DNA of 64,000 nucleotides from Nitrosopumilus sp. (GCA_965214775.1 OZ243974.1:1696001-1760000), one strand, 5' to 3'; shown: positions 18,492 through 28,445, counted from the first letter of the stretch. Translations and numbers: made by a program. The notes: generated from the sequence alone by a model not told the origin.

Positions 18492-19766
18492 TCAGATCTT
18501 TACTCGGATCTTGCCTGTAAGAAGATTCTGCATTAAGCCTTTTTTCAATATCTCAAGTTTTTCTTTGTACTCCTGATTCTTCTGAATATATGCATCAACT
18601 CCCGACAGGATTGATGCAATTCTTTGTTGTTCTGGAAGGGATGCCGGTACAGTAACAACCACCTTTGAGATCCCCTTTTTACTGATCTCTAAAAACGTCG
18701 TGCCATATGATAGTCGCAACAAGTTATTTTGATTGTGCCTGAGCAAATAAAAAATCAACAACTTGTCAAAGCCATCATTGCAAATTATGCTTTGAAATCC
18801 TTGATTGGTTGATATTGGCTTTGCTGCTATTGCACATTCGCCAATCGTAGCTCGTGAAGTAATCAGAATTGCCCCCTTGGGTAACAATTTGGCCGAACTA
18901 TTGTCCAATCCATGTTTGGTGATTTTCCGCTCGGTGTTTTTTATCTCGTTGGTTTGTAACTTAGTGATGTCTGTTGGAATCGCCCACAATATGTCTCCGT
19001 TCCAGTATTCTGGATTTTTGGAATCCGGAGTGCCACCGCCGATTATATCTCCTACATCGCTTAGTCTTTTGGCATCCCACTCTTCTGGAATCTTGATATC
19101 TTTGCTGAACATCCAATGGACCTTCTTGAACTTCGTATGGCCGATTCCCCTAGTCAGCAGCCTCTGCATAAGGCCCTTCTTGAGCCTCTCCGTCTTCTCG
19201 ATTGCCTCCTGCGTCGACTCGATCAATGCGTCAACTCCTGAAAGGATTGACGCAATCTTTGCCTGTTCTTTTATATTATCAGTAAATGGCAGTTTTGTTT
19301 TTTCTATATCCTCCCTGTTTATCGCATCATATGTAGTTCCCTGAGCGTAAACAGAAAAATTTTTCTTGTTTTTACTGATCAAATAAAAACAGTAAAGCAA
19401 GTTGTTTTTTCTCGTGTTAAACGATGCTATGCCCCTTCCTATACAACATCTCGTTTTTGTGAGATTTGTTTCCCCTACTGGAGCTCTTACAGAAAACAAA
19501 ATGGAGTTGCTTTCTGCGATTTTTTTGGAATCTGTACACCATACCGTAGGATTTGGATATGCTGCTCCAAAATCAGTTACTCCCTGATAAAACGGCAAAC
19601 CTTTCTCTTCTTCATTGTAACTTTCGGATGGTGGAGACTGGCCCATTGTTACTTTTAGTATTTCTGAAGTTCGTGTAATTGTCCACTCTTCTGGAATTTT
19701 AATCTCCCTGTCAAACATCCAGTGGATCTTCTTGTAGCCTTTCTTGGGATTAGGCGGCCGATTCAA
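18492..19766 (-). CDS. hsdS: Type I R-M specificity subunit, complete, coupled to hsdM
   Basis: Two TRDs (MGQSP..., GGGTPDS...), two IASILSGVDA helices and terminal KKGLMQNLLTGKIRV. Confidence 0.95.
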   Translation of the reverse strand: MNRPPNPKKGYKKIHWMFDREIKIPEEWTITRTSEILKVTMGQSPPSESYNEEEKGLPFYQGVTDFGAAYPNPTVWCTDSKKIAESNSILFSVRAPVGETNLTKTRCCIGRGIASFNTRKNNLLYCFYLISKNKKNFSVYAQGTTYDAINREDIEKTKLPFTDNIKEQAKIASILSGVDALIESTQEAIEKTERLKKGLMQRLLTRGIGHTKFKKVHWMFSKDIKIPEEWDAKRLSDVGDIIGGGTPDSKNPEYWNGDILWAIPTDITKLQTNEIKNTERKITKHGLDNSSAKLLPKGAILITSRATIGECAIAAKPISTNQGFQSIICNDGFDKLLIFYLLRHNQNNLLRLSYGTTFLEISKKGISKVVVTVPASLPEQQRIASILSGVDAYIQKNQEYKEKLEILKKGLMQNLLTGKIRVKI

Positions 19767-21372
19767 AGCTTTATCCCAAGTCCCGTCAAATCTGCTCGTG
19801 TCTGCTTTTCCAGTTTTCCTATCTCTGCACTTGTGGTTTTTAACTCATTATATGCAGTTTGTATGTCGATTTCCTCTTCGGGCTCGGAAATGTCTACGTA
19901 TCGGGGCACATTAAGATTAAACTTGTTTTCTTGCAGTTCTTTCAAATCTGCTACATGGCAATACTTGTCAATATCCTTAAAACTCTCAAATGCGGACACT
20001 ATCTTTGAAATATCTGTTACTCTTAGCTTGTTTCTGTTTTTGCCCTCTTCAAAGTCCTTTGCGGCATAGATGAACAGAACTTTGTCTTTACGCTTTGCAG
20101 GCTTTGACTTGTTTAGAATCATTATACAGGCAGGAATGCTTGTACCCCAGAACAGCTTGGGTGGCAGTGCAATTATGGCCTCAATTACATCACCTTGCAG
20201 GTTATTCTCAGCACATCCGACAATCATTTTTTCTCGGATTTTACCCTCCTTGCTTCCTCTGAACAGAACCCCTTGGGAACACACTATGGCTGCCTGACCT
20301 TTTGGGTTCAACGACGTCAACATGTGCAAGATAAAAGCATAATCTGCCTTGTTCTTTGCAGGAGATATGCCGTACTCAAACCTGTCGTACGGATCTTCTG
20401 ATGCCGTAGAGTTGTCCCAGTCCATGGAAAAGGGAAAATTAGCTAATAGACTTTATGCGTAATCGATCTGAATGAGATGAATTTGTTCGTAATAATCCTA
20501 GTTTTGGATCGATTACGCATAAAGTCTAATACCCTGTCGTATTTTTTAAGTGAGCCGCCTTCTATCAGTTTTGGTTCCGATAACACATTTCCATACTGTA
20601 TGTTAAAGTTCTCCATCTGGTGTAAAACCATGTTCATCTTACACATTCCTAGGTTGCCATAGTTTGATTCCTGTCCATCCAGTACAAGATCATCAACGTT
20701 GCCGCCATGATCCTGCACGTATTTTCTAGAAAGAATCAGCATTCCGCCGGAACCGCAGGTAGGATCAGAGATCTTCATCTTTTGTGTTGGTTTTGTGATA
20801 TGTACCAACAAGCTTACGACTTCCCTTGGGGTAAAGAACTCACCACCCTTCTTTTTTGTCTCATCTGCAAACGTCTCAAGCAGATACTCGTACGCATCGC
20901 CAAAAATGTCCTCTTTTTCTAGATTTTCATTGGATAATGCCAATCCGTTAAAGTGTGCAATAAGAGCACGAAGCTTGTCATCAGGATATTTCTTTTTGTC
21001 GTTGTACTTTGTATTGGTTAGCACTCCCTCCAGTTTTCGTATATTTTTTTCCAAATCCCTGCATACATCATCCATTTTTTCGCCCAGATTGGAAGATGCA
21101 GAAGACAAGATATCCCAACGTGCAGACTCTGGAACAAAAAACTTATGTCGGAATTCTTGTAGTGCCTTTTTCTCATTCAGGCCACTTTCTATCAAATTCG
21201 CCACATTTTCCTCAAAGGTGTCATTTAGGCGCTTTAGAAACAACACTGTCATGACTGGCTGCCTGTATTCTTGCGCATCAAGGGATCCACGCAGAATGTC
21301 GGCTGCATCCCATAAGTGCCGCTTCAGTGACTCGAGTGTTAGTTTATTTTGGCCCACAAAGCCATTTGGCAA
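19763..21372 (-). pseudogene. hsdM: Type I methyltransferase interrupted by a MITE
   Basis: LWDAADILRG, GEFFTP, DPTCGSGG. Removing 83 bp at ~20449-20531 restores YDRVLANFPFSMDW in frame. Confidence 0.93.
20449..20526. mobile_element. MITE family A inserted in hsdM
   Basis: 20-bp perfect TIR GACTTTATGCGTAATCGATC; duplicated TAATA (or AAT) target. Confidence 0.92.
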
Positions 21373-21504
21373 TATAGGATTCTTTATAGATTTTCATTTG
21401 TTTGCAGTAGCAGGTTAGGCCTACTTAGCTTTCAGCCATGTCCAAACCCCTTGCAGCAAAATTCACGCTTACATGTTGCAGCGATCTAGCCTATTGCCTT
21501 TCGA

Positions 21505-21692
21505 CATGCATGGTATCCATGAGGATTTTCGTCTTGCCCATGTCAGGAGGGCCATGGTGGAGATCCATAAAACTTCACAAGGCGTGTAGTCACAAGGCGA
21601 AATTTTCAATGATCACTAGTATGGGTAGCAATCAGGCACACGCTTGTCTGTAGTTATGATTTTCATGTCCGGCCGGCAAGGGACGTGACTCC
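21505..21692. mobile_element. IS630 5' end fragment abutting a degenerate family C MITE
   Basis: Similar to 15853-15966, followed by AATCAGGCAC...ATGATTTTCA...GGGACGTGAC. Confidence 0.7.
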
Positions 21693-21721
21693 AACTCTGG
21701 CTAGGGGCTATCTTATTACCA

Positions 21722-22006
21722 CTATTCCTTTGACACCTTGGATCTGTATTTCTTTATTCGGCCATCGAGTCGAGAAGCATTCCTTAAGAGAAACCGCTCG
21801 CGTTCTTGCCGTGGAAGAAACGGGAGAAGCTCCTCAAGCGAGTCCATATAATGTTCCGTTCGTTCTTGGGCGTATTTGAGTGATCGAAGCACGTTGTCCA
21901 GCTTGGCCCTTGCAGGGTCGGCCCGTGGTCCGATGTATATGGACTCCTTTCCTGCCTGAAAATACAGGTATTCTATACCCTTTGAGATCTTAACATTAAG
22001 CGTCAT
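21722..22006 (-). CDS. Small integrase-associated protein (putative regulator/RDF)
   Basis: K..KG.EYLY..AG....Y.G motif; homologue at 35653-35943; divergent from the integrase. Confidence 0.75.
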   Translation of the reverse strand: MTLNVKISKGIEYLYFQAGKESIYIGPRADPARAKLDNVLRSLKYAQERTEHYMDSLEELLPFLPRQERERFLLRNASRLDGRIKKYRSKVSKE

Positions 22007-22011
22007 GCCCT

Positions 22012-22107
22012 ATTGTCGTATAACACGTTATTCATTTTAAGGATTTGGAGTTGGTTATCTTATAACAAGATAACTATAAATAGCAAGTTCACGTATTATA
22101 AGATAAC
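22012..22107. promoter_or_regulatory. Three 21-bp palindromic sites around divergent promoters
   Basis: GTTATCTTATAACAAGATAAC (22054-22074) plus degenerate copies at 22012-22032 and 22087-22107, flanking TATAAATA. Confidence 0.6.
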
Positions 22108-23427
22108 TTGACTGCGCAGAAACCCCTCACAAGCCTGCCTGATCTAGATCAGATCGCACCGGCTTGCACCGCCAAGATTGAAATACCAAAGCACCACACT
22201 ACCTCCAAGGATGAAGTCGCCGAGAGGCTGACCGATATGGGAAAAACAAAACTACATACGAAAAAAGGCACTGCCAGACAGACAAAGAAATCCAGGCTTC
22301 TTGCAAACTCTGACATAAAGCGGTGGTATGACAACCTGGCCCGTGGCAGCATGAACACCGCCGAAGGGCGCCTCAGACGGCTAGGCCGCTTCTGTGAGAT
22401 GCATCAGATGACTCCAGCTCAATTGGCAGATCTTGCAATGAAGGATCTGAGGGCTGCGACGGATCTGCTAGAGGATCACATAACCATGATGGAGGAAAAG
22501 GGAGGATCCCCCGGGTACATAGACGAGCAGATAAAGACCGTAAAGTCTTGGCTCAGACACTTTGATGTGGAGATAAGGCGCAAGATACGGGTCAGATCCA
22601 TCAACTTTACTCCCACGCTGCAAGACGAACGAGTCCCTGACGCACAGGAGATGGCCGAAATCTACAGCCGCGCCGGACTGCGCGAGTCGGTGATAATATC
22701 ACTGATAGCAAAGTCCGGCCTAAGGCCGGAGGTCATCGGAAACCACGACGGAACAGACGGGCTGACTATTGCCGACCTGCCTGACATTGTAATCCACCGG
22801 GGCAGAGCCAAGTGCATCAGAGTACCAAACAAAATAGTGGTACGGCACCAGCTCTCAAAGGCAAGACACCAGTACTTTACGTTTGGAACCCGGTCTGCAA
22901 CAAACCACCTTGTGGCATACCTTAACGACAGGCTGTCACACGGCGAGCCCCTCCACGGAGACTCGCCTGTAGTCGCACCTGACTATGCCTACAAGACCAA
23001 CCGGGGCAGAAACGCTGCAAAAAAGTTCCTGCCTACGCCACGCATAAGCAAGCTGGTCAGGAATGTGTTCCGGCCGCGATTTGCGTGGAGGCCATACGTG
23101 CTGCGCCCGTACTTTGACACACAACTGCTAATCGCAGAGTCCAAGGGAAAGATTGCGCATGACTTTCGCGTGTTCTTTATGGGACACAAGGGAACCATGG
23201 AGGCGCGGTATACCACGAACAAGGGGGTTCTTCCCGAGGTTCTGGTGGCCGAGATGCGCGAGGCGTTTCTCAGGGCAGAAGAACATTTGGAGCAGACCGA
23301 TACGGATCCGATGCTGGAGCAAAGAATCGAGGCGCAGAGCATCATCGAGACTGCAACGCCAGAACAGCTTGACCGTGTGCTAAAGGTGCTAGCATGCACC
23401 GGCAAGACGGGCCAAGCCAGGTCGTAG
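22108..23427 (+). CDS. Tyrosine integrase (start possibly at MGKTK, 22237)
   Basis: SGLRPE, RPYVLR, FMGHKG and ARY motifs; adjacent to the tRNA-Lys 3' end. Confidence 0.93.
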   Translation: MTAQKPLTSLPDLDQIAPACTAKIEIPKHHTTSKDEVAERLTDMGKTKLHTKKGTARQTKKSRLLANSDIKRWYDNLARGSMNTAEGRLRRLGRFCEMHQMTPAQLADLAMKDLRAATDLLEDHITMMEEKGGSPGYIDEQIKTVKSWLRHFDVEIRRKIRVRSINFTPTLQDERVPDAQEMAEIYSRAGLRESVIISLIAKSGLRPEVIGNHDGTDGLTIADLPDIVIHRGRAKCIRVPNKIVVRHQLSKARHQYFTFGTRSATNHLVAYLNDRLSHGEPLHGDSPVVAPDYAYKTNRGRNAAKKFLPTPRISKLVRNVFRPRFAWRPYVLRPYFDTQLLIAESKGKIAHDFRVFFMGHKGTMEARYTTNKGVLPEVLVAEMREAFLRAEEHLEQTDTDPMLEQRIEAQSIIETATPEQLDRVLKVLACTGKTGQARS

Positions 23428-23531
23428 TTGACAGTCTGCAGGCAGAGCGGCTCATCGCAGCGGGGCACAGGTTTGTAGGGATTCTGCCCAACGGCAGGGT
23501 AGTCCTGCAAAGGAACCCGGACCCAAAGTGA
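23394..23531 (+). CDS. 45-aa ORF overlapping the integrase stop
   Basis: MHRQDGPSQVVVDSLQAERLIAAGHRFVGILPNGRVVLQRNPDPK; conserved at 37243-37383 and 7487-7618. Confidence 0.6.
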   Translation: MHRQDGPSQVVVDSLQAERLIAAGHRFVGILPNGRVVLQRNPDPK

Positions 23532-23534
23532 AGG

Positions 23535-23608
23535 CGGGTCTAAAGGGATTCGGACCCTTGACAACCGGATTAAAAGTCCGGTGCGCTACCTGGCTGCGCC
23601 ATAGACCC
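23535..23608 (-). tRNA. tRNA-Lys(TTT)
   Basis: Cloverleaf GGGTCTA...CCGGA CTTTTAA TCCGG...TAGACCC-G. Confidence 0.93.
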
Positions 23609-23657
23609 TCATCAAAAATGCTTTTCGCGCATAATTTAGTCTTTTACAAAAATTTTT

Positions 23658-23750
23658 GTATGAGGTCACGTCCCCTTGCTGGCTAGGCATGGAAATCATA
23701 ATTGTACATACCAATTCGTGCCTGATTTGTGGGGGTAGGTGACCACGTAC
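23658..23750. mobile_element. MITE family C between divergent tRNA genes
   Basis: 93 bp, TSD AAATTTTT. Confidence 0.88.
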
Positions 23751-23806
23751 AAATTTTTTGTCGTGACAGAAACTTTTAATCTGGCAATCTCACTCAAAGA
23801 ATTTGT

Positions 23807-23884
23807 GCCCTTGTAGTATAGCCCGGTCTAGAATTCGGCCCTGTCACGGCTGAGACGCGTGTTCAAATCCCGCCGAGGGCGCCA
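23807..23884 (+). tRNA. tRNA-Asp(GTC), CCA encoded
   Basis: GCCCTTG...CGGCC CTGTCAC GGCTG...TTCAAAT...CGAGGGC-GCCA. Confidence 0.95.
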
Positions 23885-24003
23885 TTCCTCTTTATTCAAA
23901 TCCCTGAAAGGGATCTACTCATGTCCGTCCCCGCTGGTCATTGTCTCCTAGGGCAGCCTCAAGATCCCCGGTTATCACGTACGAGCATTCCATAGATCTT
24001 GCT

Positions 24004-24146
24004 CTGAGAGATGATCCGAAATTAGAAACCATACGAATTTTTCAAGTAATTTCACAGATAACTTGTATTTTGTAGGTGTTTTGAGCCGTTTTATGCAAAT
24101 TCGTTCACAAATAATCAGAGTTTGCTAATTTCGAATCAACTCTCTG
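24004..24146. mobile_element. MITE family B copy
   Basis: CTGAGAGATGATCCGAAATTAG...CTAATTTCGAATCAACTCTCTG. Confidence 0.82.
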
Positions 24147-24172
24147 GGGACTCGTCTGGATCCTGAGATTGA

Positions 24173-24271
24173 TTTGCCGACTTTGCCGACTTTGCCGACT
24201 TTGCCGACTTTGCCGACTTTGCCGACTTTGCCGACTTTGCCGACTTTGCCGACTTTGCCGACTTTGCCGAC
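24173..24271. repeat. Perfect tandem repeat (TTTGCCGAC)x11
   Basis: Read directly from the sequence. Confidence 0.97.
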
Positions 24272-24312
24272 TTTTGGCGCCTGAAGTCCCTGTTTTATCT
24301 GAAGATTTGACA

Positions 24313-25464
24313 TGTATAGTCCAAAAAGTAGTTCACCCCTTCTCCGAGTGTGTAAAGTCGGTCAGGAGCAGATGTGCAAGCCTGACCCACACTGGAAGTA
24401 CAGGTGTGTGGGTCTGGCGACGAAAGCTCCGTAAATACGTGAGTCTTGAGCACCCAAACGGCATGAAGCTAGAGAAAAACCAGGTACAATGGATAGTGCA
24501 GGAAAAGAAAAAGGGCGAGCTTACCTGCGCCCAGATAGCCGGAACCATGGACGTGACGGTACGGTGGGTCCAGAAGCTGTGGGCCAGGCACAAAGGCTGC
24601 CCTGCAGCAAGCGAGATATCGCATCCTGCGCCAATGGGAAGGCCCCAGAACGGTCTGCCCGGACGCAGGGAGCACTCTGCAGTCATGTCTGCCAGACATG
24701 CAGAGCACATGGGGGCTGCCGGACTGCAGCAGCGCATAGCGAATCAGACCGGAATCCATATCCCGCACGGCATCATACACAAGATACTGAGGGACGAGGA
24801 GATGGCAGAGGCGCAGCCCAGCAAGGGTACAAGGTACAGGTGGGTCCGATACGAGCGCGATCACTCAAACTCACTGTGGCATACAGACTGGAAGCAGATC
24901 CACGGCGGAATGCACGACGGCAGATGGTTCCTGTGCTACGAGGACGATGCCTCCAGGTTTGTGACCGGATATGGCATCTTTGATAATGCCACGACCAAAA
25001 ACGCCCTGGCAGTGCTTGAGACGGCAATAGAAAAGCACGGCAAGCCGGCCTCGATCATGACAGACCACGGCAGCCAGTTCTATGCCAACGAGAAAGAGAC
25101 GGCAAAAAAGAGGGGCGAAGGCGAGTTTGAAAAGAAACTGACAGAACTGGGAATACGGCAGATCCTGGCAGGCGTGGGACGACCCCAGACCAACGGAAAG
25201 GTCGAGCGCCTCCACGGGGAGATCCAGCGCAAGCTGCACGAGTTCGAGGAGATCATGATGAGAAAAAGCGACCCGATAGACCTGTTCATGCAGTGGTACA
25301 ATCATGACAGGCCCCACAGGTCGCTGGACTGGGACAATCAGGAGACGCCCGCGCAGGCATTTCTCAGAAAGATGCCCAAGGAGGGGGAAACCGTTATTGA
25401 CGGGCAGACAGGAGAGGAGTATGATGTCAAATAAGGGGGGGCGAACTACTTTCTGGATCCCACA
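24313..25464 (+). mobile_element. IS481-family element (transposase ~24463-25434)
   Basis: TGT...ACA ends, 16-bp TSD ATCTGAAGATTTGACA; WHTDW, DDASR, TDHG and QTNGKVER motifs. Confidence 0.93.
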
Positions 25465-25777
25465 ATCTGAAGATTTGACAAGACAACTGGCTATTCACAT
25501 GATTTTTAGTCATGGATCACTTCTCTGGCCGGCAGGCACGTAACCTCACACGTCAGTCTGAAGTATATGACTCGTGGCGATGGAGACAGCAACATGCAAA
25601 TCTGCAGTGCCCACACCAAAAAATGGATCATGGTTTTGACATATCGTACCTATTCTAACAGAAAAATATTCGACTTTCAACTGTACGTACTATGCAGACA
25701 GCTTGGATTTAGCTGTTTCATGGTTTGGAGCCGTTTTTTGGGCTACTTTTGGGAAGACTGCCCGTTCTGGATCCCGC

Positions 25778-26842
25778 TCTATTGTACGAAAATTAGGTCG
25801 CACTAATTTGAGGAGGATTGCAGGGGATTACTTTAGGCTTTACCGATCAAGAAAACCGATGGTTGTAAGGCTCGAGGCAAAGCAGATCAGATACGCAGTG
25901 ACGCAATGTGCAGGGGGACGAAAGCCCTCGGAGGTGGCCCCGGAGATAGGCGTCACGACAAGGCACGTCCAGCGGATGTATGCCCGGTTCAGGAAGACAG
26001 GCGACACGCACCACGTGCCGCTCAAGCCGGGAAGGAAAAAGAGCGCCCCGGTTCCCGACGGGGACGTGCGCGCAGTCCTGGAGGAGTACAAACACAGTGC
26101 AGCAGGGGTGGTTCATACGGCCAAGAGGCTGCGAAGGCAACTCGATATAAGCTACTACGAGGTATACAGGATAATGAAAGAAAACGGGCTGGTGACGCCA
26201 TCGGCTGCAAAATCAATGCCCAGAAAATACGTCCGCTTTGAGCGCAAATACTCCAATGCCATGTGGCACGTGGACTGGCATACCATGAAGGATCCGCGCT
26301 TTGCAGGGCTCAATTTGGTCACGTTCCTAGACGACTCGTCCAGGTGCGTGACTGGTGCGGGCCTGTTCAGGGAGGCCACCTCAGAAAACGTCGTGGCGGT
26401 CCTGCGGCAGGCCGTGGCCCAGTTCGGCGCGCCTGCCACCATACTCTCAGACAACGGCAAGTGCTTTGTCGGGGCGCGCTCGGATCCGAAGAAGAAGAAG
26501 AGTCCGCCCAAGGGCGGATGGAGGCCCACTGCCTTTGAGGAGGAGCTGCTCAACTGCGAAATCGGGCTGATAAACTCCAGGCCGTATCACCCGCAGACCA
26601 ATGGCAAACTGGAGAGATTCCACAGGAGCATCGAGGAGGAGATATGGAACCACAAGAGTCTGTCTGCATACATCGACTACTATAACGAGGACAGGCTGCA
26701 CTGGTCGCTTGACATCGACAACTACGAGACGCCGCTGCGGGCATTCTCCGACAGGGAGGCCACAGAAGCGATCAGGAAAAGCAACCCAAGATGGATGGAG
26801 GAGGACATTGGTGATGGTGCGACATAATTTTCATATAATACA
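25778..26842 (+). mobile_element. IS481-family element (transposase ~25859-26827)
   Basis: Imperfect TIR, 15-bp TSD CGTTCTGGATCCCGC; intact DDE motifs. Confidence 0.93.
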
Positions 26843-26913
26843 CGTTCTGGATCCCGCACCAACTATTAATAGCCAGAACAGGACATATACAATAGGAGAA
26901 TCGGGGAAGCACT

Positions 26914-27114
26914 ATGAAATCCGAATATGAATACATCATGTCTGCACGTGATCAGTTGGGAGAACACTTGGGATGCTGGATCGCAGTGGTAGGGGAAGAG
27001 ATAGTCTCAACTGGCGATAATGCCAAAGAAGTCTATCAAAAAGCAAAAGAACAACACCCGGGAAAAACCCCATTTATCATGAAAATTCCCAAAGAGACCG
27101 TAATGTTACTTTAG
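26914..27114 (+). CDS. DUF5678-like small protein
   Basis: G.WIAVVGEEIV..G....EV...A....PGKTPFIMKIP. Confidence 0.8.
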   Translation: MKSEYEYIMSARDQLGEHLGCWIAVVGEEIVSTGDNAKEVYQKAKEQHPGKTPFIMKIPKETVMLL

Positions 27115-27122
27115 CTTCAATC

Positions 27123-27581
27123 TTGTCCTCCATATTCAGAAACAGATCCAACATCATATTGCACTACGTCAATTATGATGATCCGATAACAAACTCAACA
27201 TACAGGCTTCCGATGGTAAACGTGATACTGATTCACAAAGGACGAGATCTAAAGACCGTGGCACTTGTCGATTCGGGCACAACATCCAATTTTTTGCCAA
27301 GAGAACTGGCTGAAATTTTAGACGTGGACTTGACAAAAAAACCAAAAGATGCGGTGGGTGCAGGCGGCAAGTTCAGCAGCATTGCGTCATTGATTGGGAA
27401 ATACCAGTTAATAAAAAACAAAAATGCGGTTTTTGACGAGTTTGTAAATCTGGAGGTAAATGTTCCTGTAAAAGAGGATACTTTGCCATATATGGTCCTT
27501 GGACGGGACAGCATATTTAGAAGATTCGACATAATATTCATGGAGATGAGAGAAAAAATCATTCTAAAAAGGGACAGCTGA
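27123..27581 (+). CDS. Retropepsin-like (clan AA) aspartyl protease
   Basis: ALVDSG and VLGRD motifs. Confidence 0.85.
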   Translation: MSSIFRNRSNIILHYVNYDDPITNSTYRLPMVNVILIHKGRDLKTVALVDSGTTSNFLPRELAEILDVDLTKKPKDAVGAGGKFSSIASLIGKYQLIKNKNAVFDEFVNLEVNVPVKEDTLPYMVLGRDSIFRRFDIIFMEMREKIILKRDS

Positions 27582-28445
27582 TCGGGCTCTGGAAATCGTC
27601 GCTGATTCCAGGTTACTGCACTTGTGACAGTATCCTTTTGAGGAAATTACTGCTTGCAAGTGTGTCTGCATCTGTAGTCAATACATAAAAAAATGGAATA
27701 CGATCTTGACACATCGTGCCTATTTCACCAAAAAAATATTCCATTTTCAACTGCACGAACTATGGGAATGCACCGGATAAAAGACAGTCATCTGCAACGT
27801 ACGCCGCACCTGCGCCTCGAGTGCCTCCTGCGCGGCCTCGTGGGTGGTCGCCCTGATCCTGCAGGCGTGCCACCAGGCGGCGGCGGTGCGTGTGTGCGTC
27901 ATGGCGTTGGCGCATCCGCCCACCGACGCGTCCCTGACGGCGACGCGCATCATGCCGCGGCTCGGCTTGCCGATCCCGTATACGGCGTTGTACCTCCCAG
28001 ACATGCTGACGCAGGAGGAGAGCATGTTCACCCCGCCCTCCGCAGCATGTTGACACATGCGCGGGTCGTTCTCAAGATCGCAACACTGTCTGGATTTTTG
28101 TTTTCTCAACAAAAACCTCGGTGCCGTACCATGTTTGATCTGTTTGCATCTGATAGTATTGTCAAGACGGTCTAAATTTCTTGGTTTTCTGCATGACTGG
28201 GGTACTTTTCACTTGGCTGCTGTTCAGTCTTCCCAGAAGTAATCCGGAAAACGGCTCTGGATTTGAAGCAGACCAAGTTATGACGCCTGCCGATTCACTT
28301 GCCACCATCTGCACAGTCATGAATGGCGTACTTCTGGGAAGACGTGAACCCGCCCCGGGTTCACGTCTGATATGAGACGACATATAACGGCAGAGGCGAT
28401 TGGGACGCCTACAATATCCCTACCATTATTTTTTTATTCTCAAAT

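Larger units (their letters stand above)
7630..23542. mobile_element. ~16-kb integrative element at the tRNA-Lys 3' end (type I R-M cargo)
   Basis: Bounded by 145-bp direct repeats ending in the tRNA-Lys 3' end (GGCGGGTCTA); integrase lies next to the tRNA. Confidence 0.78.

Noticed and set aside
24169-24462. CRL-repeat N-terminal extension of the IS481 transposase
   Set aside because: Artefact of the 9-bp repeat being in frame; the repeat part lies outside the IS end at 24313.
27747-28112. Possible ISH3-like transposase fragment
   Set aside because: It lies next to a MITE-E end but no catalytic motif is recognisable; too weak to call.
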